Assembly (NCBI GenBank): GCA_963700285.1
Contig: CAVOXA010000014.1
Span: 704,001 to 768,000, forward strand
Direction: 5' to 3'
Length of the DNA stretch: 64,000 nucleotides
From: an uncultured Chloroflexia bacterium
GTDB lineage: Bacteria; Chloroflexota; Anaerolineae; JAAYZQ01
Shown piece by piece: positions 1-11,832 of the stretch; position 1 is the first letter of the stretch, and every line of letters begins with the position of its first letter. The notes beneath the pieces were generated by a model. That model had not been told where the DNA came from. It saw only the letters and a program-made list of their open reading frames with translations, and did no database searches. The position numbers and the translations under genes are program-made.

Positions 1-430
1 ATGCCGTGCTCATTGTACACCTTGACCCCGAAAAGCCCTGAAGACGGCGAGTCCTTCTTATAAGATTGGACACAAGCGACAAAATCTCTCAAGCCTAAGC
101 ACCCGTATCCTGATTCGAAAGCCTCCTGACGCATAGTGACCTACCACGGGTCTACACGTGGTTCCGCGGCATGAGCTCCTTCGGGTACGGATGTAGGTAT
201 ACCTGCTGGTGCACCCAGTGGGGCACCGGGTAGCGGCTATAGTGATGCTTGAGCAGCGTCAGGGGCACGATGAGCGGCAGCAGCCCCTGCCTGGTCCAGA
301 CCCTGCAGGACACCGTCCGGGTCGGTGGTGTCCTGCTGTGGGGTGTCCTCAAGGTCTGCGCCTGGTCGGACTCTTTGGTGACGATTTCTCTACCCTCTTT
401 GGCACGCCCGTCAGCGACAGCCCTCGCGGC

Positions 431-3400
431 TCAGTAGTTGCGCATCACCAGTGGCAGGTAGCAAAGAGTCGTGAGCCGGGGTTCAACGACCAAACTGAAA
501 ACGTTGGAGATTGAGCCGCCAGCATCGGGGTTGCGCACAGCCACTCCCACCGTCTGACCGGTGCTGATCAACCCGGCGTCGACTTGAGCCCTGACCTGAG
601 TGCTGCTTTCATAAGTCGTCGGCAGCGATTCGCCGTTCCACAGGACTTGCGCGCCGCTTGCATAGCCGGTGCCTATCACCATTAGATCGAGCCCCGTGCT
701 CCCTGCCAGGACTACGCCTGGATTGAGGCTGGTGATCTGCGGCACCGGATTCGACACGGTAAAGACCAGCCGGTTCGAATCCAGCGCATCGCCGCCCGGA
801 TTGCGAACCACAACATCTACGAGACGGGCGGTGGCAATCTGCTCCGTGCCGATGCCGGCCGTCAACTGGCTGCTGCTGATCCAAGTGGTGGGCAGCGCAA
901 CCTCGTCCCAACGGAGCACAGCGCCATCTTGAAAGTACTCTCCATCGACGGTGAGCACAAAGGCGGGACCTCCCACTGTGGCCGACTGCCGGTTCATCTG
1001 GTTGATCTTGGGCAGTTCCGCCAGTGCCGACGAGGCCCAGGTATCGGGCTGGTTCCACACGGCGTTAAACGGCCACTCGTTCTCATCCCCCTCAAAGCGG
1101 GCCCCATAGTACCCCAAGCTCATGCTGACGAGTTGGTCCCGGCCACCGGCCGTCGTTCCGTCGATGCGCAGCTCTGCGCTCCAGGCCGAGGCGTTGGCGC
1201 TGACCATCGCCTGCAGCCCGCCCGGACCAGCCTGGGAAAAGCCCCCCACCCCGTCCCCGGAATAGGTGAAAAACCCACCATCTTCCCCGGCAAAGAAGCC
1301 ATAGTCATCCGCCTGGGCCAGCGCGTCGTGGCTGTTGTTCGCGTCGATGCGGAGGCCGGCAAAGGGGCTCACACCACCGCTGCCGCGATCCATACCGCTG
1401 AAACAGGCCCACAGGTGACTGCTGCTCCGCAGCAGGTACACCACGGCCTGGTTGCCGTCGGCGTAGGGCGCCAGCCGCAGTTGCATGCCACCCGCATACG
1501 CCGTGTCCTCGCAGAAACCGTCGAGCAGCGGGGCGCTTCCCTCGGGAATGCTCAGTGGTAGGACAGTAAAGGCGGCTTGCGCGGTGCTGCCCAACGCTTT
1601 CGAGTCACGGGCGATGAGGGTCGCGGTGTGCTTGCCGGGCGCCAGCCCATCCACCAGGAGTTCGTCGCCGCTGCCCGATGGCTGGCCGTCCACCGTCCAG
1701 GTCAAATCGTTGCCGCTCAAACCTCCATCCTCGGCATCGCTGCCGCCGCCGCTCAGCACCACCGCCTCGCCCGCGGGTAGGGTCGCGCCCTCGCCCGGTG
1801 AACCTAGGTAAGCCGTGGGCGCCCGGTTGCTGACAGTAAAGGGCGCCGAGGTCGCCACGGCGGTGTGATAGCCGTCGCTGGCTGCCACACGGATCAGTCC
1901 CTGGCCCGGGAGGCTGGCTGGAACTTGGAGATTGGACAGGAGCAGGCTGGTGGTGGTTGAGTCCACCAGCCCCAGGACAGTTCGGTAGCAGGGCGATCCA
2001 GGTCGCGCCATTGTCGGGGCTGTACTGCACGTTATAAAGCAGCGTGTCGCCGTCGGGATCGGAGGCCAGCCAGGTCAGCTGCATCTGTTCACCGATGGTC
2101 TCGCCCCCCGCGGGCTGTGAGACGCTCACCACAGGCAAGCCCGCACCAGGGCTCCTGCTGGCCAATACTGTACCGTCTTGCACCAGCTCGACCCGGGAGA
2201 CCGCACCCGCCGGTGCAGCAAAGGTCGTCACAAAGGGCAGCGTCGGATCGGTGGGCGGGTCGTCCGCCAGATCCTGCAGGGTAATCTCCTGTTCGGCCAG
2301 CACGGTGCCGTCCGCCGCCAGCAGCCGCACTCGGAAACTGCTCGCCTGGGGCGATGCCCCGGCAGAGAAAGTGGCCAGGTTCTGCCATTTTTGGAGAATC
2401 CCAGCGCCGAGCTCAGCCGTGGGATAGATCCAGGCATAGTCCAGCGTACCGGTGATGAGCGAGGGCGTCACCGCGCCGCTGACATACACAGCCGCGTCTG
2501 CCGAGGCCAGATCGATCTGGGCCTCTACCGTCTGCAGGCTCCCGTCGTACAGCCGGTCGTAGATGGCCCCCCAGGTATAGTCACTCGTCCACATGGGACG
2601 GCAATAGCCCATCAGGTCCGCTGCGTCGTCTGGGGCGATGGGTGTCCAAGTCTTGCTATCAAAGCCATAGTGGTTGGCAGCCCCGGCATAGTCGATCTGC
2701 GTTGTGGGGTAGGGATAGTTGCCGTCTGGATCGTCCTCCGTTCCCCTGCAGAGCACGTGCTTGCGCCCGTGATTGTGGGACATCTCGTGGACAAGCGTCC
2801 CGCCTGCCGCAGGCCAATACCAATCCGCCGAGACTGTCGGCGCGTGGGCTGCGAACTTGACCCAGGCGTTCATCGACACCGTGGAGCCAAGGCCGCTCGT
2901 CGTCCCGCTATCGGCGTCTGGGTGGATCATGCCAATGTAGTGGGTCTCTGCCCCACTGTCGTCGCACTCGTCCGGATCGTCCGAGAAAAAGTTGCGTGCC
3001 CCAACAGAGCCAAGGATTTGCCAAGCGTCGTCCTTCACTTCGTACGGTCCAAAACAAGGATAGGGAACTGGCCCCCACCAACAGACCTGCGTCTCGGCGA
3101 TGTCACTGGTCTGGTAGTAGGTCCAGATGTCATAGACCGGCCACAAGCGCCTAGCCATGTCGATCATGGCCCCAAAGTTGGGGTTGTCGCTCGGCCGGGT
3201 GTACTGCTCGGTATGAGTCCGCACCGGGATGAAAACCGTACAAACAGGCGATTTCTCGTGAAAGGTGACATCACGGCTGATCTGGTTATTTCCCGTATCC
3301 GGATCGGTGTAGACGGCCTGCGGGTCCACCACCAGTCTCAGTTTGACGGTTCCAGCCGCCGTCCAAGCCGATGGGAGCTGGAAAAGCAAGCCATCCTCCA

Positions 3401-4812
3401 GGGTGGCCCGGTCGTAGGTCCCACCCGGCTCCAGGAAGGGCCAGCCTCGGACTGGATGCAGAGGCGACCCTGGGAGCGCGCTGCCTCCCCTCGTGCCATA
3501 GAGGTAGGCGTCGACGGCTACCGTTGTGGGTCCCGAGGTCTGGCGGGCGTAGGCGCGCACGTAGGTGGTCTTTTTGGCTACCAGCTCCACGTCGTGGGCC
3601 AGGTTCTGGATGCCCTGCGTGACCTCCAGGGCATCGGCCACCAGGTCGCGCTGGATCGCCGCTGCGTCAAAAGGCAGGCGGTAAATGCCCGGACTGCCCT
3701 GGACCCATCCGGCGAAATAGAGGTATCGGTTGTCGGTATAGAGGCCCCTGTACACCGGGCCCACGACGGCGATCTCCGTCTGCGGTGCCGCCATCAATGG
3801 GCATGCGCCGCACTGACGTGGTTTGGGTTAGAGAATCGTACTCGGTCCAGAACAGACTGGCGCCGTCGGTTCGGATCTGCCCGATATAATGATGAGTGGA
3901 AGGAGCGTCCCTCAGATTGGTCGCTGCACACAGGTAAAGGGGCGGGTTCGGGTAAGGCTGCGCCTCGTTCCAGCAGCCGTAGCGGCGGATGCGCTGCGGA
4001 GAGGTGCCGGTCACCCAATAGACCTGAAAATGCCACGGGTACGCGGGCTCATAGTACAATAGGTTGGTCCCACCGGTGGCGTCCAACTGGGTCTTGTTGC
4101 AGGGTAGCGTGCCGCAGGTGACGGTTGTCCTCCACAACCCTCCTTCGGCCGTCCAATACACCATGCCATCAACGACGGCCAACTGAGTCGGGTGACAGGT
4201 CGTGTCGGCTACCCGGTCGACCCCGGCACCATCCTTGCGGGCCCGCGCCAGGCAGCACCCATTGTCGCAGTACCCGGCCGCGTCAACAGACGCCTCGCCT
4301 GAGGGCGATCCGTTTGCGGCGAGCACCTCGGGCTCTGGCACCGACATATAGACATGGTCGCCGCTGGCCTGTAGATAGTTCGGAGTGGCCCACGCCTCAC
4401 TGAGATCCAGCATCAGAGATGGCGTGGCGCTCGGATCATCAATACGGCGCCGGAAGACGCCTTCGCCTTCGCCGCCATAGTAATACAGGGCCTCGGCGTC
4501 GGCCGTCATGGCGTGAAAGTACTGGCAGTCGGGTGAGGTGGAGCTGGATATCGTGTACACCGATCCGCCGTTGGCCGGCTGCCGGTGCAGGTAGCCGTTG
4601 GTGATGCTGCCCCCGCAATGGAGGGCCCAGTAGGCCAATCCCTCGGCCAGTGTCCATTCCGAGAGCGAATCCCCAACCACCAGTTCCAGTGGCGCGGGAA
4701 GCGTCTGGGATTGTGGATCATCCGCCAAACTTGTGGCCGGTGAGAGGAGGCTGGATAGGAGAAACGCCAGGCACAATGCGACCCCGAACGTCATGCGAAC
4801 AAGGCTCAACAT
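431..4812 (-). CDS. Large secreted zinc metallopeptidase-like surface protein (~1460 aa, two apparent frameshifts) with IPT/TIG-like domains and a Chloroflexi-type C-terminal tail
   Basis: Three overlapping minus-strand ORFs (3667-4812, 1605-3797, 431-2011) join into one protein. AGGAGG RBS before ATG 4812 and an N-terminal signal peptide. Metzincin motif HEMSHNHGRKH (HExxHxxGxxH), Ig-like repeats (NPVPQITSLNP) and C-terminal LCYLPLVMRNY. Confidence 0.75.
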
Positions 4813-5084
4813 ATTTTTCCTCCTGACATTGCGGTTAGCGTGCAGCGCCTAACCGGGTCCGAACCATCGCCGAAGCAACCTCATCGCCTCTCGCCCCGAG
4901 TGCACCGCACTCGGTCCAAGGGTCCGTGACAGACTCCACCTCTTGAGTTACGCCCTCCAACTCCTGGCTGTAAGAATACCTCAATCCTGGTGCAGGCTCC
5001 CTGCAAAGACACAACCGCTCCCTGCAATCGACTCTTGCCGATCGGGTTGTTGTGTGCCATATTGTCGCCAGGCTAGGCTTCTAA

Positions 5085-5190
5085 ATGAGACCGGTACCAT
5101 CCAAGATGCCTGCGCGGGTGGCCTCTTTGCCCGCCAGGATCTTGACGGTTCCAGGCGGGTATGCGCACCGTTCCGGGTGTGTGTGCATCA
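5085..5190 (-). pseudogene. Possible remnant of a caspase-like (peptidase C14) gene
   Basis: The frame reads THPERCAYPPGTVKILAGKEATRAGILDG, resembling the 'DP..C.YP..V.LL...ATR..IL.G' segment of bacterial caspase-family domains. No start context or catalytic dyad. Confidence 0.3.
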
Positions 5191-5667
5191 TGAGAATGCT
5201 TATCCATTCGCCACTTCCAAATGACGCATGGCAGGGAGTACAAACTGTGATGGTTGCTACGTGGTGTGCTCGCGTGAATCCCTGCGGCCAATCGCGAGAC
5301 ATTCCCCAACCTTGCGTGGGTCAAGCGGGAGCGCTGTGATTGCCTTGCTCACGAACGAAGCAGCGTGAAGGCTTGGCGCAACCTGCGCCTGAGCGCCCAT
5401 CGAATTCAGGAGATGCGGGACACCCGCCTCCAGATTCGCTTTGCCCCACCCTAGCATATCCTCTTGTTCCAGATCGTACCCCCTTCTATCGAATCGTTTC
5501 TAGTCGGCTAGCGAAGGGTTTCGCTGACCCGATTCCCCCTGCCCCTGTTGGCGGCTTGCCCAACAATTGCCAGCCGGTCATCCCCCGGTCACCCCTCGGC
5601 GACGTCCAATCTTCCCGTGTTCTTCATTGCTGGGCTGGGAATCGCATTCTTGACACCCTTTCTTCCC

Positions 5668-6342
5668 TTAGAAACCACGTTGCTGCCCTTGCCAGGGAGG
5701 CTCGGCGCCGGTCTTGAACTCCTCGACACTGGGTCCCCCAAGATTGCGCAGCCGCCAGGTTCCATACAGGTAGCTAACGACCAACAGCGCAATGGTAACC
5801 GGCCAGCCGGTCAGGACCTGGATCAAGCCAAGCTGGCTAGTTTGCTCCCCCTGGAACAGGTTCAGTTGAAGCAATAACCTCAGCCCAAAGACCACTACCC
5901 ATAGCCAGGTGACCTCGCTGTAGGCTGGTCGCACCCTGGGATGCCAGTACCAGTTCAGGGGCCAGCGGCGGGCGACGTAGCTCGTCCAGGCAACGATGGG
6001 ACGCCTGGCAAGAACACTCACCAGGCAGAGCAAGAAAGTTAGCCCACCCGTGACGATGCCCGGCAGAAAAAAACCCTCAGACCTGCCCAGAACCAGTGCT
6101 ATCAAGGCAGCCAGGCCCACACCAAACGTTCCACCAAGAGCGTACAGAACAGATTGGCGCCTGAGCAAGCGGAGAATAGCGATGACAACAGCCAGGGCTA
6201 GTGAGGCCCAGATTGCGACTTGCATTCCCCACAAGGCATTCAGCAGTACAAAAACGAGAGGGGGCAGCAGAGAATCCAACAGGTTGCTGCGGCCAGCCAA
6301 CACCATGCGCAGCTCTTCAAGAATCTCGTGCAACTTTTCCAT
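5668..6342 (-). CDS. DUF3159-like integral membrane protein
   Basis: 224 aa with multiple hydrophobic segments; motifs 'DSLLPPLVF', 'GFFLPGI' and 'GWPV'; GGAG RBS. Confidence 0.7.
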   Translation of the reverse strand: MEKLHEILEELRMVLAGRSNLLDSLLPPLVFVLLNALWGMQVAIWASLALAVVIAILRLLRRQSVLYALGGTFGVGLAALIALVLGRSEGFFLPGIVTGGLTFLLCLVSVLARRPIVAWTSYVARRWPLNWYWHPRVRPAYSEVTWLWVVVFGLRLLLQLNLFQGEQTSQLGLIQVLTGWPVTIALLVVSYLYGTWRLRNLGGPSVEEFKTGAEPPWQGQQRGF

Positions 6343-6556
6343 GCGATCATCTCTCCATGTCAGCTCGCAAGTACAGTATACCGTACAAACGGCGCAGAAT
6401 CAAGATAAGGGTCGCGCCCGGTATCCTTGCGAACAGAGAGCCAGCGTAAACCCCACGCGGCGTGTCTTTCTGTCCTCCGTGGTGTTTCCTTATCAGAGTT
6501 GGAGTTTGCGTATCTCCACTCCTGCGCACAAGTATCCGCCTTGGGGGGTGAAACAG

Positions 6557-7801
6557 ATGTACGAACGAGTGGTGGTCACAGGGCTCGGGGCAGTGACAGC
6601 TCTTGGCAACGATGTACCGACCTACTGGGCTGGGCTGGTCTCGGGGCAGTCTGGCGTCGGGCCGATATCTGCCTATGATGCCTCTGGGCAGGACGTTCGC
6701 ATCGCGGCAGAGATCAAGAACCTGGATATAATCGGTCTTCTCGGACGCAGGCGGAGCAAGAGAACCGATCGATTCAGCCAGGTGGCCCTGATCGCTGCAC
6801 AGCAGGCTGTGGCCGATGCAGGCATAGAGTTCGGTGACAGCGATACCAGTCGCAGGGCAGCTGTCATACTGGGAACGTCGATCGGTGGCATCACGACTCT
6901 TCTCGAGGGCCAGGACGCTCTCCGCGAGCGTGGCGCACGACGGGTCAGCCCCTTGATGATACCCATGATGATGTCCAATGCGGCTCCGGGCGAGATTGCA
7001 ATCCACTACGATCTCCACGGCCCAACCTTCTCGGTGGTTTCGGCATGCGCCTCGGGCACACACGCCATCGGCGAAGCGGCCAGGCTCATACGCACGGGAG
7101 CAGCAACGGTAGTGATCTGCGGCGGCAGTGACGCAGGGATGCATCCCCTGGCGCTGGCCGCGTTTGGCAACATGCAAGCCGTCTCGCGCCGCAATGACGA
7201 GCCAGAGCAGGCCAGCCGCCCGTTCGATGCCGACCGCGATGGCTTTGTCCTGGGTGAGGGGGCCGGCATGCTCTTCCTGGAGAGCCTTTCGCATGCTCAG
7301 AGCCGCGAGGCAAGCATTTACGCCGAGGTGGTCGGCCACGGCGCGAGCACAGACGCCTTCCACATCACCAGCCCCGACGAGGAGGGGACCGGTGCCGCAC
7401 TGTCTATGCAGCGCGCATTGCACGACGCGGGTCTGGATCCGGCGGAAATCGACTATATCAATGCCCATGGCACGAGCACGCCACTGAATGATGCAGTAGA
7501 GACCCGGGCCATCCGCAAGGTCTTTGGCAGACATGCCGATCGCATCCCAGTCAGTTCGACCAAGTCAATGATCGGACACCTCCTGGGTGCAGCAGGCGCC
7601 GTCGAGGCTGTTGCCTGCATCAAGTCACTGGAAACCGGCATCATCCATCCTACCATCAACTATGAGACTCCTGATCCAGATTGTGACCTGGACTACGTGC
7701 CCAACCTGGCACGGGAAACTCATCCCCGCACCGCCCTTTCCAACTCGTTCGGTTTTGGCGGGCACAACGGGACGATCATCTTCAAAGCCTGGGAGGGCTA
7801 A
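6557..7801 (+). CDS. fabF: 3-oxoacyl-[ACP] synthase II
   Basis: Starts MYERVVVTGLG. Catalytic motifs SACASG, NAHGTST and KSMIGHLLGAAG; C-terminal NSFGFGGHN. Confidence 0.93.
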   Translation: MYERVVVTGLGAVTALGNDVPTYWAGLVSGQSGVGPISAYDASGQDVRIAAEIKNLDIIGLLGRRRSKRTDRFSQVALIAAQQAVADAGIEFGDSDTSRRAAVILGTSIGGITTLLEGQDALRERGARRVSPLMIPMMMSNAAPGEIAIHYDLHGPTFSVVSACASGTHAIGEAARLIRTGAATVVICGGSDAGMHPLALAAFGNMQAVSRRNDEPEQASRPFDADRDGFVLGEGAGMLFLESLSHAQSREASIYAEVVGHGASTDAFHITSPDEEGTGAALSMQRALHDAGLDPAEIDYINAHGTSTPLNDAVETRAIRKVFGRHADRIPVSSTKSMIGHLLGAAGAVEAVACIKSLETGIIHPTINYETPDPDCDLDYVPNLARETHPRTALSNSFGFGGHNGTIIFKAWEG

Positions 7802-8054
7802 CGGCGAGCCAACCTGAGCCTGGGCCGTCTGGTCCAGGCGTGATACACGCCTGTTGGGGTCAGGATACGGGCCAGCCCCCACCATAATCCAGCCCTTCCA
7901 GAAACGATCGAGCTTGGGAGCACACCGCCTTCCGGTCGTCCGCGTCCAGGTAGCGAATTCCCAAAACGTTGCGGCCGAGGTGAGGACAAATCCGCAGCGA
8001 AGGTGGATGGCCTGCTGGCCCCTGGGCTGCTTCGCCTAGCCTACTCAGCCAGAC

Positions 8055-8861
8055 TCACCTTGATTCACCCCCTCTTCTCCTTCGCCCCCAATGACGGCGG
8101 GTGACTCTTCCATCTAGCGCCTGGTACCAGCGCCGGGTGAAGGGAAAGAGGTGGTTAGCCAGGAGCATCGGCCGTAGGATCCAGGAGGTATAGATTGTCT
8201 CCATGTCCTTCTCTATGCCCCCTACCATGCCCCTGGCAACTGCCTCGGCGGACTGAGAAAGCCATGGCGTGGGAGCGCCTCCGGCGCTCTCCAGGAAGCC
8301 ACTCCGGACAGCCAGCGGATAGACAAGGACCAGGCGGTCCCGCTTCCCAGTTTGGAGGCGGTAGACCTCGGCGAACCGGTCCAGCGCGGCTTTGGTCGAG
8401 GAGTAGAGCGCATAGCCCTCCAGGCCGACTCGGCCCAGGATCGACGACGTGATCACGACGCGGTAGTTGCCGCCGGGGAAAAGCGCATGCATCTTTTCCA
8501 CAGCATAGATTGGCGAGAAGACGTTGGTCTGGAAGATGGCCTCAATGCGACCCCAATCTGGATCCCGGACCGGTTCCCAGTAGGCAAAGCCGGCAATGGC
8601 GCAGAAGAGGTCGATCCCGCCCATTTGCTCGAGGGCGTAGGCAAAAAGCGCGTCCACACCCTCCTGGAGGGCCAGATCGCCGGCAAAGGGCCGGATCTCG
8701 GTCCGGGCTGCGCGGGCCGATTCCACCGCGTCATGAAGCCGCGCCCCGTCTCTGCCTGCGGCGACGACCTGAAGCTGCCGCCCAGAGAGCTCCTGCAGCA
8801 GCGCCCGGCCAATGCCTGAAGATGCACCCGTTATGACAACTCGCTTTCCATCTATCTCCAT
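8055..8861 (-). CDS. Short-chain dehydrogenase/reductase (SDR)
   Basis: MEIDGKRVVITGASSGIG (TGxxxGxG) and YSSTK (YxxxK). Start moved to ATG 8861 within ORF 8055-9374. Confidence 0.85.
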   Translation of the reverse strand: MEIDGKRVVITGASSGIGRALLQELSGRQLQVVAAGRDGARLHDAVESARAARTEIRPFAGDLALQEGVDALFAYALEQMGGIDLFCAIAGFAYWEPVRDPDWGRIEAIFQTNVFSPIYAVEKMHALFPGGNYRVVITSSILGRVGLEGYALYSSTKAALDRFAEVYRLQTGKRDRLVLVYPLAVRSGFLESAGGAPTPWLSQSAEAVARGMVGGIEKDMETIYTSWILRPMLLANHLFPFTRRWYQALDGRVTRRHWGRRRRGGESR

Positions 8862-8947
8862 GCTTTGCCTTTTCTCAGCGATGCCGAGTCCAGCTTCTTC
8901 GAGACACCAATCCCCGGCATCCCAGAAGCAAGCATAGCCGCAGTCTG

Positions 8948-9484
8948 TCAGGCCGTAAACAGCGCCGTCCAGACAAAGAGGTCCAGCACCGCCGTTTGGA
9001 AGCTGAAGGCCAGGGCGCCGGCCGCAGCCAGCCAGTAGGAGACTGCTGGCCGACGCGGCCGGAGAGCCAGCAGCGCCAGCAGCAGACCTATCGAGGCCAG
9101 CCCGACCACGGCCAGCACCAGCCGGATGGCCAGCCATAGCGTGCCGCTTGGCTCTCGCACCATGGCCGAGGTCAGGGGCAACCAGAGCGCCGATGGCAAC
9201 AGGATCAGCAGGTACAAGATCGGGAACAGGACAAAGCCCAAACTTCCGGCGATCTGCACACCCTCTGGGTCGACGCGGAACAACAGGTAGAAGGTGAAGA
9301 CAAAGTACCCCCCCGTCGCCAGGGCCATGGAGGCCATATAGGCTGGCAGAATCGCCGCCGGCACGCCGCCCCACAGACCAGCCCGTGTGGCGGGATCAAA
9401 GCCCACGCTGTAAGCATAACCGGCAAGGACAGCAGCGCCGCCCAACAGCACGATCCAGGCCAGCGCCAGCTTCTGGGGGTGCAC
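8948..9484 (-). CDS. Hypothetical integral membrane protein (~5 TM)
   Basis: Strongly hydrophobic ORF; GTG at 9484 follows AAGGGGG RBS, just after the stop of the upstream gene. Confidence 0.65.
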   Translation of the reverse strand: MHPQKLALAWIVLLGGAAVLAGYAYSVGFDPATRAGLWGGVPAAILPAYMASMALATGGYFVFTFYLLFRVDPEGVQIAGSLGFVLFPILYLLILLPSALWLPLTSAMVREPSGTLWLAIRLVLAVVGLASIGLLLALLALRPRRPAVSYWLAAAGALAFSFQTAVLDLFVWTALFTA

Positions 9485-9488
9485 GGGA

Positions 9489-10091
9489 TTACCCCCCTTG
9501 CTCCGTAGCATTCGGACCCGGTCCCCGGCGCCCTGCTCTGCCTGCCGCCCAGCGCCAGATCGCAACCAGGATTCCGGCAAACAGCAGGAGGAAACTCACT
9601 CCGAGAAAGCCCCACTTCAGCGCTGTGAACAGGGGCGCCAGCAGGTCCACCAGGGCAGTCTGCTCCGGGTAGCGCAGCATCACCAGGGATGTGGATAGGT
9701 TCTCCAGATAGTCAAACAGGGCGCCCAGCAACGGGGCCAGGTTGGCGAGCTGACAGCGGCTGTCTGGCGCGAAGGCCTTGCCATACACCCAACTCATGGC
9801 TGTCACCAGGAACAGCGCGTAGACCAACGGCCAGATCAGGTCAAAGGTGAATCGGGCCCGGACGTAGGCGTGCCGCCCCTGCTCGCCATACGATTCGGCA
9901 ATCCGGTATAGATCGCCGGGCGTGTAGAAGAAGGAGGTATCCGGCGACTCGGCACTGCCGGTCTCCTGCTCTGCCTTGAGCGCCTGCTGGGGAAGGACCA
10001 GGGCCGTGAAGAGCAGAAAGATGATGAGCGCCGCCAGGGCAACCCAGCCCGTTGATACCCTACGCAGCCAACCAGAGATGCGATTGCACAT
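9489..10091 (-). CDS. Hypothetical membrane protein (4 TM, DYLEN motif)
   Basis: 200 aa with four hydrophobic helices; GGAGG RBS upstream. Confidence 0.7.
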   Translation of the reverse strand: MCNRISGWLRRVSTGWVALAALIIFLLFTALVLPQQALKAEQETGSAESPDTSFFYTPGDLYRIAESYGEQGRHAYVRARFTFDLIWPLVYALFLVTAMSWVYGKAFAPDSRCQLANLAPLLGALFDYLENLSTSLVMLRYPEQTALVDLLAPLFTALKWGFLGVSFLLLFAGILVAIWRWAAGRAGRRGPGPNATEQGG

Positions 10092-10229
10092 ATTCTATCC
10101 TCCCTCCGGTTTGAAGCATGAAGAACGCGGCTTGGGTCCGGGCCGGTCCTAAGCGCGGCCTCGCGACCAGACCTGTCGCCCCTTCTTCGGGAAGGACCTT
10201 CCTGGATTCAGGGCAGGCCCGTGGCAGAT

Positions 10230-10535
10230 TCACGGCAGGCGCAGTGCCTGCACCCCGATCTGCTCCATGGCGCGGGCCAGGGCAAAGTCCTTCTCAGTGA
10301 TGCCCCCGGCCTCGTGCGTCGTCAGATCGACCACCACCCGGTTGTAGACGTTGAACCACTCAGGGTGATGGGCGGCCCGCTCGGCCACCAGGGCTGCCTG
10401 GGCCATAAAACCAAAGGCATGGACAAAGTCACGAAACCTGTACTCCCGGTGAAGTTTTCCCTTTTCCACGGTCCAGGAGCCAAGTTCAGCCAACACTCCC
10501 TGGATCTCAGGCTCAGTTGCTTTCTCTACGGTCAT
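10230..10535 (-). CDS. phhB: Pterin-4-alpha-carbinolamine dehydratase
   Basis: Family signature FRDFVHAFGFM...HHPEWFNVYNRV...LTTH...GITEKDF. Confidence 0.9.
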   Translation of the reverse strand: MTVEKATEPEIQGVLAELGSWTVEKGKLHREYRFRDFVHAFGFMAQAALVAERAAHHPEWFNVYNRVVVDLTTHEAGGITEKDFALARAMEQIGVQALRLP

Positions 10536-10644
10536 ATCAGATCCGATGCCTCCTCTTCGCTATTTGATCACGTCTCACGTTGTTGGCGCTTGAACGCCCA
10601 AGCCCGCCAGCTTCTCTGCCCGGAGCTCAGTCAGAATCAACTGG

Positions 10645-11823
10645 TCAGAACTGTCCCTGCATTGAGGCGGCATAGCCCGTCATCTCGACGTAGCCGTTGC
10701 CGCCAATGGCCAGACCAGCCCGCTCGCCTTCGACCTGGACCGCACCCTCCCAGTAGGCATAGGACACATCAGTTCCTGATCAGCCAGATAGGGTTCGATC
10801 TCCAGCGTCAGGTCTGCGTCGGGCACGGCAATGGTCCAGCCGGCCGGATAAGTCGGCCCCAGAGTGACGGACTGCGCCAGGTATCATCGACGCGGATCTC
10901 GAAGTCGTCACGGTCGAGATGGCGGGTACTGCCGTCCGGGGTGATCAGGGTGCCGCTGGAAAAGGGATCGATGCTGCCGTCCTCCTTGCGAAGCTGGAAG
11001 GCCATCAACTCGCTTCCGTCGTCCAACTGGATCGAGAACCAGTCCCAGCCCACCTGTTCAGCGGCCAAGCCGCTGGTGCTCCACTCGTGGTCCATCCAGC
11101 TCCAGCCTTCAACCGGGTGGACCACATCCGCGACCTGCACCGTGCCCGTCGTCTCCAGGCGGGTCAGGCTGTAGTAGTAGGAAGCGTTGCCCGGTTGCGG
11201 GCCCTTGGGGCTGTAGCCGCGGTCGCCCTGCAGAATGGGACCCTTGCGGTCAGTCAGCACCAGGTCCAGGACCAGGCCATCCTGAGCGGCGTACATGCGC
11301 GTCACACCCGGCTCGAGCTCCTCCACCTCCCAGTCCTCCAGCCAGACCTGGTAGGGTGTCGGCCTGCGCTCCGGCCAAGCCGCCAGCCCCTCGCGCAGAA
11401 CCGCTCAAAGGCCTGGAAGCTCCCAGCCGACAACGTCGGTCAGGGCAAAGTGGGCCATGTAGACCTGGTCCGCCGCCCAGGTCGACTCGCGATCGCTGCG
11501 CAGCGCAGGCGGGACCAAGGCCCGCCGGAAAAAGGTCAATTGGTAGCCAAAGCGCCGCCCCTCGGCTGTGACCAGGTTGCCGGTATAGTACCACCACTCG
11601 GTCTGGTAGTCCAGGTGTGGGCCGTGGTCGGCGGGGAACTCCAGGTCGACTGGACCCTCGACGCGCAGGTAGCCAGCCGCTGGGCTGCCTCCGTCTCCAT
11701 CAGTCAGGGCAACCAGGCGAGCCTGCACCTGCGGCTCCTGGCGCTGAACCACGAGAAGCGAGCACACCGCCCAGCAGGGCCAGCAGCCCGATGCCGATCA
11801 GAACCTTCAGCCAACGTTTGCAT
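10645..11823 (-). CDS. AttH/CrtC-like lipocalin-fold secreted hydrolase (frameshifted)
   Basis: Motifs spread over frames: FPADHGPH...EWWYYTGNL...FGYQLTFFR, ASYYYSLTRL, SWMDHEWST, GWDWFSIQL, YWEGAV...GYVEMTGYA*. Stop at 10645-10647. Confidence 0.8.
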
Positions 11824-11832
11824 GATGGATCC

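Noticed and set aside
2178-4121. Long antisense ORFs (647 aa here; also 6347-7534, 19850-21088, 61044-61973)
   Set aside because: Shadow frames of well-supported genes in GC-rich DNA; no motifs or RBS.
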